DNA of 64,000 nucleotides from a virus. The translations under genes and the position numbers were made by a program. Below the pieces are notes generated by a model. The model did no database searches. It saw only the letters and a program-made list of their open reading frames with translations, and was not told the DNA's origin. The stretch is from positions 7,678 to 71,677 of IMG/VR virus record IMGVR_UViG_3300005736_000002; one strand, 5' to 3'. Position 1 is the first letter of the stretch. Each line of letters begins with the position of its first letter. This document shows positions 1 through 9,013 of the stretch, piece after piece.

Positions 1-479
1 AGTTCGTAATCCTCCTGCATTTTATTTTTAAATTCCAGAACTGTTTCTGAATTAATTGTTATTTCGTAACGGTCTTCTAAAGCAGAAAAATATTTAATCC
101 AGAAGCTCATTAATTGATCAGGTAGTAATGCTTCTAAATCCGCTGGATTTTTACACTTAGCCAGAAGACTGGTGATGAGGTTTTCTACTCTGAGGGGTTC
201 GTTAGGTACAATGTCTGCGGATTCCAGTAACGTACCCATTTCACTGTGGAAGATTGGATCTAAGTTAAATACATTAGACCACTTCTGTTCCCGTGAATGG
301 TGGTAAGTGGTACCTGCGTATACGAAGCCCATAACATCAGACCCTTTTCGATCACGCTGTTTAATGGCTAGACGATCAATTCCCGCAGTCAGAATCCGGT
401 TTCGTTCAAAGTACAAGTAACTCATTATCTTGTCTCTGAAACTAGACCGGAATGTACTGCTGAATACATCAGGCGGCAT
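1..479 (-). CDS. hypothetical protein downstream of helicase (N4 gp38-like position), truncated by window edge
   Basis: Not in ORF track. Hand translation MPPDVFSSTFRSSFRDKIMSYLYFERNRIL... stays open to position 1; GGAGG RBS; overlaps helicase stop. Confidence 0.7.
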   Translation of the reverse strand, partial: MPPDVFSSTFRSSFRDKIMSYLYFERNRILTAGIDRLAIKQRDRKGSDVMGFVYAGTTYHHSREQKWSNVFNLDPIFHSEMGTLLESADIVPNEPLRVENLITSLLAKCKNPADLEALLPDQLMSFWIKYFSALEDRYEITINSETVLEFKNKMQEDYE

Positions 480-1746
480 GAGCTAGTCCTCCATATTTCT
501 GTGGAAGGTTCCCGTATAGGATGACCTGCTGAGAGGCTCGGGAGATCGCAACATAAAGCATCCGGGCCACATCCGATGGGATGTTACAGCGACCAATGTC
601 GGGCAGGTTAATGAACACCTTATCGTAGGTACTGCCCTGACTTTTATGGATCGTGCACGAGTGCGTAGGTCGAAGATCGCCCCAGGTTTCTTTGATGTCG
701 AAGTACTTAGGCCATGCCTTTTGATCAGCGGCCTGTTTAAGTGCAACTTTCTCATCGTTTCGATTATCTGGGATGAACAACTGTACATTGGTGTTGTTCT
801 GGTCATACACAGTTACTTTGTAACCCTGTACACCGTACTCCACCGCCTCGTGGTAAGCCCCGGTTAAACGCACATGACTGTCCGTTTTAATGGATTTTTT
901 CTTACCTTCGATGTGCTTGTTGGTGATTAACTCCTCCTGCACATCAAGACGACCGGTGAAACCATTCAGACCACGAACGTAATCGTTGTACTGGTTCACT
1001 TTAGCGTTCGACCAGGCAATGATTTTGGAATTGTGATTCGGTTTTTTAAACTCCTGGTCAATCATCTGTTGGAAGGTAGGGCCATCCACATGGATGACTT
1101 TTTTACCGTCCGGTTGAATGAGAGGGAACTGTAGAGTCTGGACTGCATCTCTGAACGCATTAGCGTTTTTCTCGATGGCTCCTTCGTTACGCACCACTTC
1201 AGTTAAACGGGCTGTAAACAAGCCCTGAGTGAATACAGGCGTACTGGTTGAGCGTGTAGGTGCCAACTGGTAGGGATCACCTACATAGAGGATCTTACTG
1301 TTGACGACGCTTTTTCTGATCCAGTCCAATAAATCATCATCTATGAAGCTGGCTTCATCAATGAGCAGGATGCTGTTTTCAATCAGGTTTTGATCGTTGA
1401 CCGGCTTCAGTATTGTTTTACCCGTACTCCACTCATTGTGGACTTTCAGGCCCAGTATGCTGTGGATCGTTCTCACATCCTGACCTGTCTTATCACTCAG
1501 TACGTGCGCTGCTTTATGTGTGGTGGCACTCAACACCACATTTTTCAGTTTGTCTGCATGAATTCCCATGGTCGTATAGAGCATGAGTTTTTGTTTATTC
1601 ATACCAAACAGTAAGTGGTCTACCAGAGTGGATTTTCCCGTACCCGCTGGGCCTTCAATCACCATTTCGGTTTTAGTTGGGTCGATTAGGAAATCCAGAT
1701 ATTTGCCAATGGCTTCTTGTTGCCCAGCGTTCAGGGAAATAGTCAT
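469..1746 (-). CDS. SF1 (Dda/RecD-like) DNA helicase
   Basis: Walker A GPAGTGKS, LIDEAS, VGDPYQL, TIHKSQGSTY, LYVAISRA. Confidence 0.93.
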   Translation of the reverse strand: MTISLNAGQQEAIGKYLDFLIDPTKTEMVIEGPAGTGKSTLVDHLLFGMNKQKLMLYTTMGIHADKLKNVVLSATTHKAAHVLSDKTGQDVRTIHSILGLKVHNEWSTGKTILKPVNDQNLIENSILLIDEASFIDDDLLDWIRKSVVNSKILYVGDPYQLAPTRSTSTPVFTQGLFTARLTEVVRNEGAIEKNANAFRDAVQTLQFPLIQPDGKKVIHVDGPTFQQMIDQEFKKPNHNSKIIAWSNAKVNQYNDYVRGLNGFTGRLDVQEELITNKHIEGKKKSIKTDSHVRLTGAYHEAVEYGVQGYKVTVYDQNNTNVQLFIPDNRNDEKVALKQAADQKAWPKYFDIKETWGDLRPTHSCTIHKSQGSTYDKVFINLPDIGRCNIPSDVARMLYVAISRASQQVILYGNLPQKYGGLAHAA

Positions 1747-2099
1747 GAGAATACGCTCGTTTTTTCTTTTTCAGGGGGTTCCAGATCAGAAACAGGTACT
1801 CCCAGTAACTTTGCCATTTTATGTTTATGGTAGTTATCTAGGGTGATGTAACTGATTTTAGGTGATTCGTCTCTTTTGAATTCACGAATATGCGGAAAAT
1901 CTCCTTGATCCAGGATTTCTGCTTGTTCGATGATTTTATTGAACTCAGGTAGGAGTTCAGCCGGTATCACTAAACGTTCTCGCCAATTAAGATCGAGACT
2001 AATTACAGCCATCTTTTTACTTACTTTAAGTTCACTAACTTTGATGGCATTGGCCGCTTTCTGTACTTCTTCAGGCAGGTGAGAGTATTTATTACCCAT
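1743..2099 (-). CDS. hypothetical protein with a variant of the shared C-terminal motif (KHKMAKLLG)
   Basis: Tightly packed in operon; GAGG RBS. Confidence 0.75.
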   Translation of the reverse strand: MGNKYSHLPEEVQKAANAIKVSELKVSKKMAVISLDLNWRERLVIPAELLPEFNKIIEQAEILDQGDFPHIREFKRDESPKISYITLDNYHKHKMAKLLGVPVSDLEPPEKEKTSVFS

Positions 2100-2107
2100 A
2101 AGTCACC

Positions 2108-3253
2108 TCAGTCAGGGTATTCGATTATTTTTCCGAAGGGGTAGGTGAAAGTGTCATGCCCTCCGGAGTGGATGACCCAGATCACAGGAATGCCTGGATC
2201 TATGTCGTGCTTGTAAAAGTAGCCATCAGTGAAGATCACTAAGGCATTGGGTTTGTTTTCTTCTGCCCACTCCAGCACCTCTTTAACATCGGTGCCTCCG
2301 CGTCCTGTGAACTTAATACGACGGACATCTTCACCATCTTCAAGCTTATGGATCTCTTTGATGGAGGTGTCGAAGTCCAGTACCGTGGTTGTTTCCGGTT
2401 TTAAGTGATTTTGAATAGCATCAATCTCTGAGATAAACGTCATGAACTGCTGGTCTGTCACAGAGCCTGAAGTATCTACTGCTACTGAGATTTCGCCCAA
2501 GGATTCGCTGTAGAGGGTGGGTAGGTAGAAATCCGGTAGGAACCGGCGATTGAATTTTTTGAAGGAGTAATCCTCCGGGCCGAGCCCTCGCATGTAGCGG
2601 TAGAGGATTTCATACCAAGGTAACTTTGGGTTCAGCAGCTTGTCGATCGCTACCTGAATTTCACCTGGAATGGAGCCAGGGTCATCCTGAGCCATCCGCG
2701 CCTGGGTATTGGCCTTAATTACGATGTCTTCAATTTGAGACTGGATCTGCTGTGCCTGGTCTTTTGATACCGAGCTTTGGGAAGATCCCGACATATTCTT
2801 CATGTCTTGATTAAAGCCATTACGCCCCGGGTGATTCTGATCATTATGGATCTTGTTATAGACCTGATCAGAAGTCATATCATCGTACTGGTGATCCATC
2901 AGACCACCTTCCGGTAGCTTGTACCCGTGATCATCTAGCATGTTGTTAATCACGTAGTCGGTTGCGATGTTCCAGTCATTGAAGTCTTTATCATCGACTC
3001 GAGTCATGTGCTGGAACGCAACGTGCCATGCTTCGTGGACTAACACACCTACACGTTCATCTTCAGTCATTGACTCAAAGAAGTCCGGGTTAAACTGGAG
3101 TGTCAGCCCATTGGTGCAGGCCGTTGGAATAGACGAATCCCATGAGAACTTCAGAGAGAACAGTACCGTTGTGATGAACGTGCTGTTAGGGTTCTGCATG
3201 AGCTTGATCTTGGCACGATCGAGTAGACGGGTAATATCCTTAGTGGGTTTCAT
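2108..3253 (-). CDS. metallopeptidase plus vWA domain protein (N4 gp25-like)
   Basis: HEAWH zincin motif; vWA MIDAS DTSGS, GGTD, FTDGY. Confidence 0.9.
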   Translation of the reverse strand: MKPTKDITRLLDRAKIKLMQNPNSTFITTVLFSLKFSWDSSIPTACTNGLTLQFNPDFFESMTEDERVGVLVHEAWHVAFQHMTRVDDKDFNDWNIATDYVINNMLDDHGYKLPEGGLMDHQYDDMTSDQVYNKIHNDQNHPGRNGFNQDMKNMSGSSQSSVSKDQAQQIQSQIEDIVIKANTQARMAQDDPGSIPGEIQVAIDKLLNPKLPWYEILYRYMRGLGPEDYSFKKFNRRFLPDFYLPTLYSESLGEISVAVDTSGSVTDQQFMTFISEIDAIQNHLKPETTTVLDFDTSIKEIHKLEDGEDVRRIKFTGRGGTDVKEVLEWAEENKPNALVIFTDGYFYKHDIDPGIPVIWVIHSGGHDTFTYPFGKIIEYPD

Positions 3254-3264
3254 GGGAGTGTCCT

Positions 3265-3720
3265 TTAGGTAATGAGCCTTTTGGCCCGATAAAGTTTTTT
3301 ATACTCAGCCTGGTTATCCCAGGGCATGTGAGTAACTTCTTCTTTATGGTTCAGGATGAATGTTCGGAGTTCGTCCGGGGAATCGATCAACGCTATCAGT
3401 CGATCTAAATCAGGGTTTTGTTTGGAGTCATCCACTTCAGTGGTGTGCTTCTCTCCGGTTGCATCGAACCGTATGGTGGTTGTGCCTGGTCCGTACTCTG
3501 AGCCTTGCTGCCATTCCCAATCGCAGGGAATACCAGCATTAAGTAATTCTTCCTCACAGAAGAAGCTCCCATAGTTAACTTCATGAAAATCGAAGTAAGC
3601 TATGTCATGGTTTGAGACATCTAATTCATTAAACACCTCACCCATCCGGTTGAGGGTCTGTTTGACCAATTCGACATCATCTTTTTGTACGGACAGGCGA
3701 CAGAAGGTTCTATCGCCCAT
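3265..3720 (-). CDS. hypothetical protein ending in the shared motif (KKLYRAKRLIT)
   Basis: Lies between AAA and vWA genes; AGGAG RBS. Confidence 0.78.
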   Translation of the reverse strand: MGDRTFCRLSVQKDDVELVKQTLNRMGEVFNELDVSNHDIAYFDFHEVNYGSFFCEEELLNAGIPCDWEWQQGSEYGPGTTTIRFDATGEKHTTEVDDSKQNPDLDRLIALIDSPDELRTFILNHKEEVTHMPWDNQAEYKKLYRAKRLIT

Positions 3721-3729
3721 AGTAGACTC

Positions 3730-4752
3730 CTACAGTAGTTCCGCTGCGGACTCCGCAACCCAGTCCATTACCGCCTGGTTCTGTACCAGTGCTGGGTTTC
3801 GCTTCATGACATCACGTAGGGTGATGACCTGGAACTCAACCGGCATACGGTTAACGAACTTCATAAGCGGGGCAATGTTTGTGTCTTTGGCGTGATTACC
3901 GATGGAACCGCAGATCGCATACAACGTACCCGGTTCTTCTGGTACTGGGATCTTCTCTGCGTTGTTAATGAGCTTATCTATGGTAGGAAGGCTCTGGAAG
4001 ATCTTCACGTAGCTGATGAACTCACGCGCTACACCTTCAGACACGGTACCTGCCAATAAAGCCAGCTTACCTTTGATGTCTGCCTCACCTTTGATCAGTT
4101 TGGAAGCAAACTCCCAAGTACGTGGACACGCAAAAGTGCGGTCACTGTGATCCGGTTGAAAGGTGTACAGGCATTCTGGCTTAAAGCCGATGTACGACGT
4201 GATGCGGTAATCGATGTCGTTGGCTGAGGCCCAGTCCAACCAGGCTTCATGGTCGATGTCGAGTTCAAAGTGAACCAGACGTGACTGCAGGGCCGTACTC
4301 ATTTCATGCACGATGGCATTGTCTGAGTCTTTGTTACCGGCACAGGCCACCATGACATTCGTGTGAAGGTTATGTTCACCTACCTGTCTATCCAGGGTCA
4401 GTTTGTAAGCTGCTGCCTGAACTGCTTTAGGCGCAGAGTTAATTTCATCCAGGAACAACAACCATCCGTCTTTTCCGGCAGGTATATCATCCGATTCCAG
4501 AGGGAAGGTGTTCATAGGTGCGTAGTACGCTTTACCGGTTTCTTTATCAACGGTAGGAAAACCCATGAGATCTGTTGGATCACACTGACTCAGACGCTTA
4601 TCAATGATCTGAAGGTTATATTCTTCAGCAATCTGTTTGATGATGTCTGACTTACCGATCCCTGGTGAACCATGGATCATAGGTACCAGTTGTGCTTTCA
4701 GAGCTACTGGGATTTCTTCGATTGCAGTGGTGGTATTGACTGTAATTGCCAT
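3730..4752 (-). CDS. AAA+ ATPase (MoxR-like, N4 gp24-like)
   Basis: GSPGIGKS, LFLDE, AGN, STALQSR, CPRTWE; adjacent to vWA partner. Confidence 0.9.
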   Translation of the reverse strand: MAITVNTTTAIEEIPVALKAQLVPMIHGSPGIGKSDIIKQIAEEYNLQIIDKRLSQCDPTDLMGFPTVDKETGKAYYAPMNTFPLESDDIPAGKDGWLLFLDEINSAPKAVQAAAYKLTLDRQVGEHNLHTNVMVACAGNKDSDNAIVHEMSTALQSRLVHFELDIDHEAWLDWASANDIDYRITSYIGFKPECLYTFQPDHSDRTFACPRTWEFASKLIKGEADIKGKLALLAGTVSEGVAREFISYVKIFQSLPTIDKLINNAEKIPVPEEPGTLYAICGSIGNHAKDTNIAPLMKFVNRMPVEFQVITLRDVMKRNPALVQNQAVMDWVAESAAELL

Positions 4753-4817
4753 GGGACGTGTCCTTTAATTTTTAAATTGGTTTACTCGCTACGGGGTAAC
4801 ACCTGCCGGAGGGCAGG

Positions 4818-5189
4818 CTAAAACGCTTCTATTTCGAGGCAGTTCATTAACCATTCCCAGTAACCCAGTACGGTGTGACCGTTAGCTACTTCAAGCTTCC
4901 AATCCGTTCTTGGGTATCCAGGGTGTTCATCTTCAAAGGCATAAATGAGTGCCTGTAAATCATTACGGGACTTCACGCAACGGTGGTGTTTTTCCAATAG
5001 CCTACGGACACTCTGGCGGTAGTTGTAATGCAGAGCACGAGCGTCTTTTAGATCGCGCTTTAAGCAGCGAATCTGACGGGTCTGTTCGTTGACGATCTCG
5101 GCATCCAGATCAATGAGTGAGATCGGGGTTTTGTCCTGCAGGGTATCCAGGATGAAGTCGAGTTCTTCATTGGTCAGTATCTTGCCCAT
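4818..5189 (-). CDS. hypothetical protein
   Basis: ORF with GGAG RBS; C-terminal DWKLEVANGHTVLGYWEW resembles a phage-conserved motif. Confidence 0.7.
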   Translation of the reverse strand: MGKILTNEELDFILDTLQDKTPISLIDLDAEIVNEQTRQIRCLKRDLKDARALHYNYRQSVRRLLEKHHRCVKSRNDLQALIYAFEDEHPGYPRTDWKLEVANGHTVLGYWEWLMNCLEIEAF

Positions 5190-5385
5190 GGCTCTCTCTC
5201 CGGATCATATTTTGTATTTCAGTGATAAGGGTGTTGTGGTAATTCATGATGGCAGCGGTCACTAGACCGGATGGAGAATCGGGCAGATTATCAATGGCAT
5301 ATTTCATTGCTGCCTTTGCTGATTCGCTTTCACCAAACACCCCTAGTTTTTGTGTTTCAAGGGATTCAATTAGGGGGTTTTGCAT
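5167..5385 (-). CDS. hypothetical protein
   Basis: ORF coupled to the next gene. Confidence 0.6.
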   Translation of the reverse strand: MQNPLIESLETQKLGVFGESESAKAAMKYAIDNLPDSPSGLVTAAIMNYHNTLITEIQNMIRRESHGQDTDQ

Positions 5386-5535
5386 AAGGGTTACTCTTAC
5401 AGATTAAGTATCGGGTTCGTATAGTCGGATTTAGGTGATTTGGGATATTTAGAATATCGGTTCGTAGATTTCCGACTGATTCACAGACGGTGCCGGAGGC
5501 ACCTACTATCTATCCGCTGGAGTTTTTCCAGAATG

Positions 5536-5566
5536 GAAAAAATAAAGCCTCCCGAAGGAGGCTCTG
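5536..5566 (-). terminator. intrinsic terminator after RNAP2
   Basis: GAGCCTCC-TTCG-GGAGGCTT followed by TATTTTTT. Confidence 0.85.
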
Positions 5567-5568
5567 AA

Positions 5569-6762
5569 TTAGGAGAGTGCGTAGTTAGAGTTGCGTACTT
5601 TGTCTGCGATGTTGTCCCACTTAACGTAGGTCACAGGAGTCCCGTGCACATCCGACAGGATCTGCTCCAGGATCTTAGACTCAGCGATTTCTGCCAGGAT
5701 CTCCTTATACCAGTAACGTAAACGGTTAACGTGGTTAGGGTGGCACTTGAACTCGTCATGTACACAGACGATTGGGAACTCTCTGTAGCTCAGAGTTTCA
5801 ATGATCAGGTTACGCAGACGTACCAGGTCATTGTGGCTCAGTTTATCAATAGCTGTCTTGATGTTCTCTATATGAACCAGGGAGATGAAGTTATCTGTAT
5901 TGAGATCCACTGGATCACGGACACCTTCTAGCTCTACGTTGATGAAGCGTAGTGCTCTGCGGAGTTGAGTTTCATCGTGGTTACAACGACGGCTCATCTC
6001 ACGTACCACCATACCATCAACAGAGTGAGTGATATTGGCAGCAATGGATAGGCCTGTTTCTGAGCCCCGGTTCTCCATGAAGCGGTGAGTGAAGGTAGCG
6101 TGATCCAGCTCATCTACTTCTACTTTGATGTCCACTTCCTGCATGACCTTAACGTTCACGCAGAAGCCATCTGGGAGCGTCCAGGAGTGCGCTGGAGCCC
6201 ATGACTGCCAAGAAGCCATCATGTCATCCATTACTTCACAAGCACCTGGCGCAACGATCTTCTGAGCCTCGTAGAACTTTTCCAATTCCACAGTCTCTTC
6301 ACCGAAGATCTCTTTAGGCTTTGCCTTAGATCCGTAGAAGTGCGTCATCTGAGCCTGCTTCACTTCTTTACGCAGGGGAGCAACCTGCACACCTTCATGC
6401 TTCAGGAGCTGGTTCATCTCTTCAGTGGTGGTTGAGTAGATGTCAGCGCGTACATTTGGGTCAATCAGACCTGTATTGTTCGCTGTGACTTCACAACCGA
6501 TCAGGCAGCTCATGATCTGCAGACCAGAGGAACACGCATCAAAGCCAACCAGGTGGCCTGAAGCGATGCCTGCTTGCGCTTCACGCAGAGCCATGACTGC
6601 TTTCAGGTACAGGACGGGTTCATCAGCGTCGTCCAGCAGTTCTTCGAGTTTATTTAGGTTGGAATCCACCCAGGCAAGGCGATCTTCAAACAGGGCTTTG
6701 TCTAGGCCAAACTGGTTAGCGATGTCGAGTTTAATGTATTCAAATCCTGTGAAGTGGTCCAT
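5569..6762 (-). CDS. N4-like RNA polymerase II subunit 2 (gp16-like)
   Basis: True start MDHFTGFEYIKLDIANQFGLDK (track start is over-extended); motif A FDACSSGLQ, motif B RKEVKQAQMTHFYGS, motif C VHDEF. Confidence 0.93.
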   Translation of the reverse strand: MDHFTGFEYIKLDIANQFGLDKALFEDRLAWVDSNLNKLEELLDDADEPVLYLKAVMALREAQAGIASGHLVGFDACSSGLQIMSCLIGCEVTANNTGLIDPNVRADIYSTTTEEMNQLLKHEGVQVAPLRKEVKQAQMTHFYGSKAKPKEIFGEETVELEKFYEAQKIVAPGACEVMDDMMASWQSWAPAHSWTLPDGFCVNVKVMQEVDIKVEVDELDHATFTHRFMENRGSETGLSIAANITHSVDGMVVREMSRRCNHDETQLRRALRFINVELEGVRDPVDLNTDNFISLVHIENIKTAIDKLSHNDLVRLRNLIIETLSYREFPIVCVHDEFKCHPNHVNRLRYWYKEILAEIAESKILEQILSDVHGTPVTYVKWDNIADKVRNSNYALS

Positions 6763-6763
6763 T

Positions 6764-7249
6764 TTATTCTCTCCGAGGTCTGCGGTTGTTAGCCTGTTCT
6801 TTTCTGGATGCCCAACGGCAGTTACTAGGCTCGTAATTTCCGCTGTTATTAGTGCGTTCGATAGTGAGGTCTTCGGTATAGCCGGCGTTGTATGCCCACT
6901 CAGCAAAGACACTGAAATCATCCCAATCAGGGGTAATGTTGATGCCTCTACCCCCATAGTACTGATAACTAGGGGTATTGGTGTTGTTACAACGGGATCT
7001 CATATTCTTCCAAATACGATGAAGTCTGGAGCCTGAAGCTCCATGCTGCCGGGACATATTTCCGGTAACTTCTTTTCGGATACATCCGCAAGATTGTGTT
7101 TTTCCTGATCTCAAAGAGTTTTGGTCAATGACCTTTGTGTTACCACACGAACACTTACACATCCATTTTCTAGGGCGAGTTCTAGGCAGCACCTCTTCAA
7201 TCGCAGTAAGTTGTCCGAAGGTTTGTTTGGTAATGTCTATAGCCTGCAT
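6764..7249 (-). CDS. free-standing HNH-type homing endonuclease
   Basis: [45 protein letters not shown]. Confidence 0.85.
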   Translation of the reverse strand: MQAIDITKQTFGQLTAIEEVLPRTRPRKWMCKCSCGNTKVIDQNSLRSGKTQSCGCIRKEVTGNMSRQHGASGSRLHRIWKNMRSRCNNTNTPSYQYYGGRGINITPDWDDFSVFAEWAYNAGYTEDLTIERTNNSGNYEPSNCRWASRKEQANNRRPRRE

Positions 7250-7260
7250 GTTTAGTACCT

Positions 7261-7326
7261 TTATGGAGTGAATCCATTAAATTCTAACATACGGAGGACT
7301 TTACTAGTACCAGTAAATTCTTGCAT
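7261..7326 (-). pseudogene. orphaned original 5' end of RNAP2 (MQEFTG...)
   Basis: TAAGGA RBS plus ATG CAA GAA TTT ACT GGT, paralleling RNAP2 start MDHFTG; stops after 21 codons. Confidence 0.6.
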
Positions 7327-7337
7327 GAGTAGATTCC

Positions 7338-7574
7338 TTAATCGGTAATGAGTTTCAGGACTTCGTATTGTTTCTGTGCTTCTGAGATTCTGGCGCGAAG
7401 GGTTATGAGATCTTGTCTCTCTTCTTTATCCATCTCATAATGAGCGAGTCTTTGATTTATTCTTATTATTTGACGAGTACACTCGTAGTAACACTGCGTT
7501 GCTGTTTTAGTGGTTGAGCTTCCGAGTATCGGGATACTTTCGTCCACCTTTTTTGAGGCTACCTTCTCGTTCAT
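7338..7574 (-). CDS. small early protein, LxLI-motif family
   Basis: AAGGA RBS before ATG at 7574; ends KQYEVLKLITD. Confidence 0.72.
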   Translation of the reverse strand: MNEKVASKKVDESIPILGSSTTKTATQCYYECTRQIIRINQRLAHYEMDKEERQDLITLRARISEAQKQYEVLKLITD

Positions 7575-7758
7575 GACGTAAGTCCTTATTAGGTTTCGCT
7601 TCCCAGGTTTCATCCGCTAACCACACTGACGGCGGCATGGATGCGTTTAATTTATCCAGGTTGGACTGTTGTTCGTGTTGCGGAGGGAGTCCCAGGATGA
7701 TACGACGTAACTCTTCTTCTTTCTTTTGTTGACGCTTATTCACTTTCTTTTTCTTCAT
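7507..7758 (-). CDS. small basic early protein (ELRRIILGLPP)
   Basis: GGAG RBS; motif shared with 9010..9402. Confidence 0.65.
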   Translation of the reverse strand: MKKKKVNKRQQKKEEELRRIILGLPPQHEQQSNLDKLNASMPPSVWLADETWEAKPNKDLRHEREGSLKKGGRKYPDTRKLNH

Positions 7759-7761
7759 GGT

Positions 7762-7965
7762 TCACTCCAGAATCAAAAGCTCTAAATCAATAGATTTAAT
7801 ACGGTGCTTAATACGTTGTATTTTGTCTTCGATCTTTTCGTAGATTTCACGAGAAGTGGGACAGTTACGCTTGCGTCCTATAAGTTGTTGTTGAGCCCAC
7901 TTGAGATCCCACTCTAATGATTTTTTCTGGCGTTTCAGATAGTAAATTCTTTTATGAACTAGCAT
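7762..7965 (-). CDS. small early helical protein, LxLI-motif family
   Basis: GGAG RBS; ends KSIDLELLILE. Confidence 0.75.
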   Translation of the reverse strand: MLVHKRIYYLKRQKKSLEWDLKWAQQQLIGRKRNCPTSREIYEKIEDKIQRIKHRIKSIDLELLILE

Positions 7966-7968
7966 GGT

Positions 7969-8241
7969 TCACTCCGTTATGAGTTCCCACATCTCGTGTT
8001 CTTTAAGGGCTCTGTTCAACCTTTCTAACTTACGCAGTAGGTGTTCTTTTTCTTTTTCATCGTGGATGGGGAAATTTAGGCGTTCTTTGATTCTCATTAC
8101 TTCGAGTTTGGTGGATAGCACCTCAGCCTTTAGGGAGGTCTTGTCCGGTGAATGTTTCAAGGTCTTTGAGTAGCTCACGTTTCTCTGCCTCCATACGGGT
8201 GCTTTCACGTACATCGTTGTAGTAAGCCTGACCGTCGGCAT
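7969..8241 (-). CDS. small early helical protein, LxLI-motif family (start uncertain)
   Basis: Ends KEHEMWELITE; track start overlaps the neighbour, so the true start is probably further downstream. Confidence 0.65.
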   Translation of the reverse strand: MPTVRLTTTMYVKAPVWRQRNVSYSKTLKHSPDKTSLKAEVLSTKLEVMRIKERLNFPIHDEKEKEHLLRKLERLNRALKEHEMWELITE

Positions 8242-8326
8242 AGGGTAGGTGCTTTCTGAGGTCTGCTATACGTTGATCCAAGGCATCCAGTTTCAGCAGG
8301 ACATCAGCTTTTAGCGAATGGGTCAT
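8123..8326 (-). CDS. small early protein
   Basis: Coupled ORF, helical composition. Confidence 0.65.
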   Translation of the reverse strand: MTHSLKADVLLKLDALDQRIADLRKHLPYADGQAYYNDVRESTRMEAEKRELLKDLETFTGQDLPKG

Positions 8327-8615
8327 GATCGTGCCCTTTAGGTTGTATCAGCCCCATGAGTGCTGCTTTGTTTTGTTTGTACATTTCCCAGCGTTGGAGC
8401 AACTGGTAAGAGTCCAGAGCTTTTTCCCCGGTATGCTGAACCAGCATTCCTGTATCACCGTCAATCAATATTCGGGTGTTATAACAAGCTTGTTGTAGCG
8501 GGTGGGCAGGCTGGTAGGCACTTTCTATGTTTCTTAGTAACTCAGTTAAATGCGTTTCAAGGATGGCTACACGGGTTTCCAGATAGGTCACCCTATCCAT
8601 TTGTATCGGGTTCAT
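8304..8615 (-). CDS. small early protein, LxLI-motif family
   Basis: NKAALMGLIQ near C-terminus; AGGAG RBS. Confidence 0.75.
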   Translation of the reverse strand: MNPIQMDRVTYLETRVAILETHLTELLRNIESAYQPAHPLQQACYNTRILIDGDTGMLVQHTGEKALDSYQLLQRWEMYKQNKAALMGLIQPKGHDHDPFAKS

Positions 8616-8829
8616 GAGGATAGACTCCTATTAGGTCATGTATTTTTCGACGTTTAACGATTCTGTCGATCTGATCCAGTTTTTCCTGGTAGATTTTTAA
8701 GGCTTTAGGATGCGGGCAGTGGTTGGCTTTCAGTTCTTCGATCATGGACTTATGTTCTTCCAGTTGATCTACAGTCCATCGTTCATTCGGAGTCCCTATT
8801 TCTGTTGCTTTCATTCGGATCTCCTGCAC
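8593..8829 (-). CDS. small early helical protein, LxLI-motif family
   Basis: KRRKIHDLIG; probable start at second Met. Confidence 0.75.
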   Translation of the reverse strand: MQEIRMKATEIGTPNERWTVDQLEEHKSMIEELKANHCPHPKALKIYQEKLDQIDRIVKRRKIHDLIGVYPHEPDTNG

Positions 8830-9013
8830 CGATCAGATCCAGCATTTCATACTGTTTCATGTAGGCATTGATGTCGTTGATACGTTGTTCATAAGGTTCC
8901 CTGGCATCAGCGTAATGCTCAGGAGGAGAGAGGAGTGTGAGGACTTTATTGGCGTTCACTAGCTCCTCATTCAGTTCCTCTCGAGTGAGTGTATCGAGGG
9001 TTCTCATGGTCAT
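8783..9013 (-). CDS. small early helical protein, LxLI-motif family
   Basis: KQYEMLDLIG. Confidence 0.75.
   Translation of the reverse strand: MTMRTLDTLTREELNEELVNANKVLTLLSPPEHYADAREPYEQRINDINAYMKQYEMLDLIGAGDPNESNRNRDSE

Noticed and set aside
6763-6957. N-terminal extension of RNAP2 in the ORF track
   Set aside because: It overlaps the HNH gene in another frame; family-like sequence and an RBS begin at ATG 6762.
6764-7326. Group I intron or translational bypass in RNAP2
   Set aside because: Under 80 nt of non-coding sequence, no P/Q/R/S core, and a functional downstream RBS and ATG exist.
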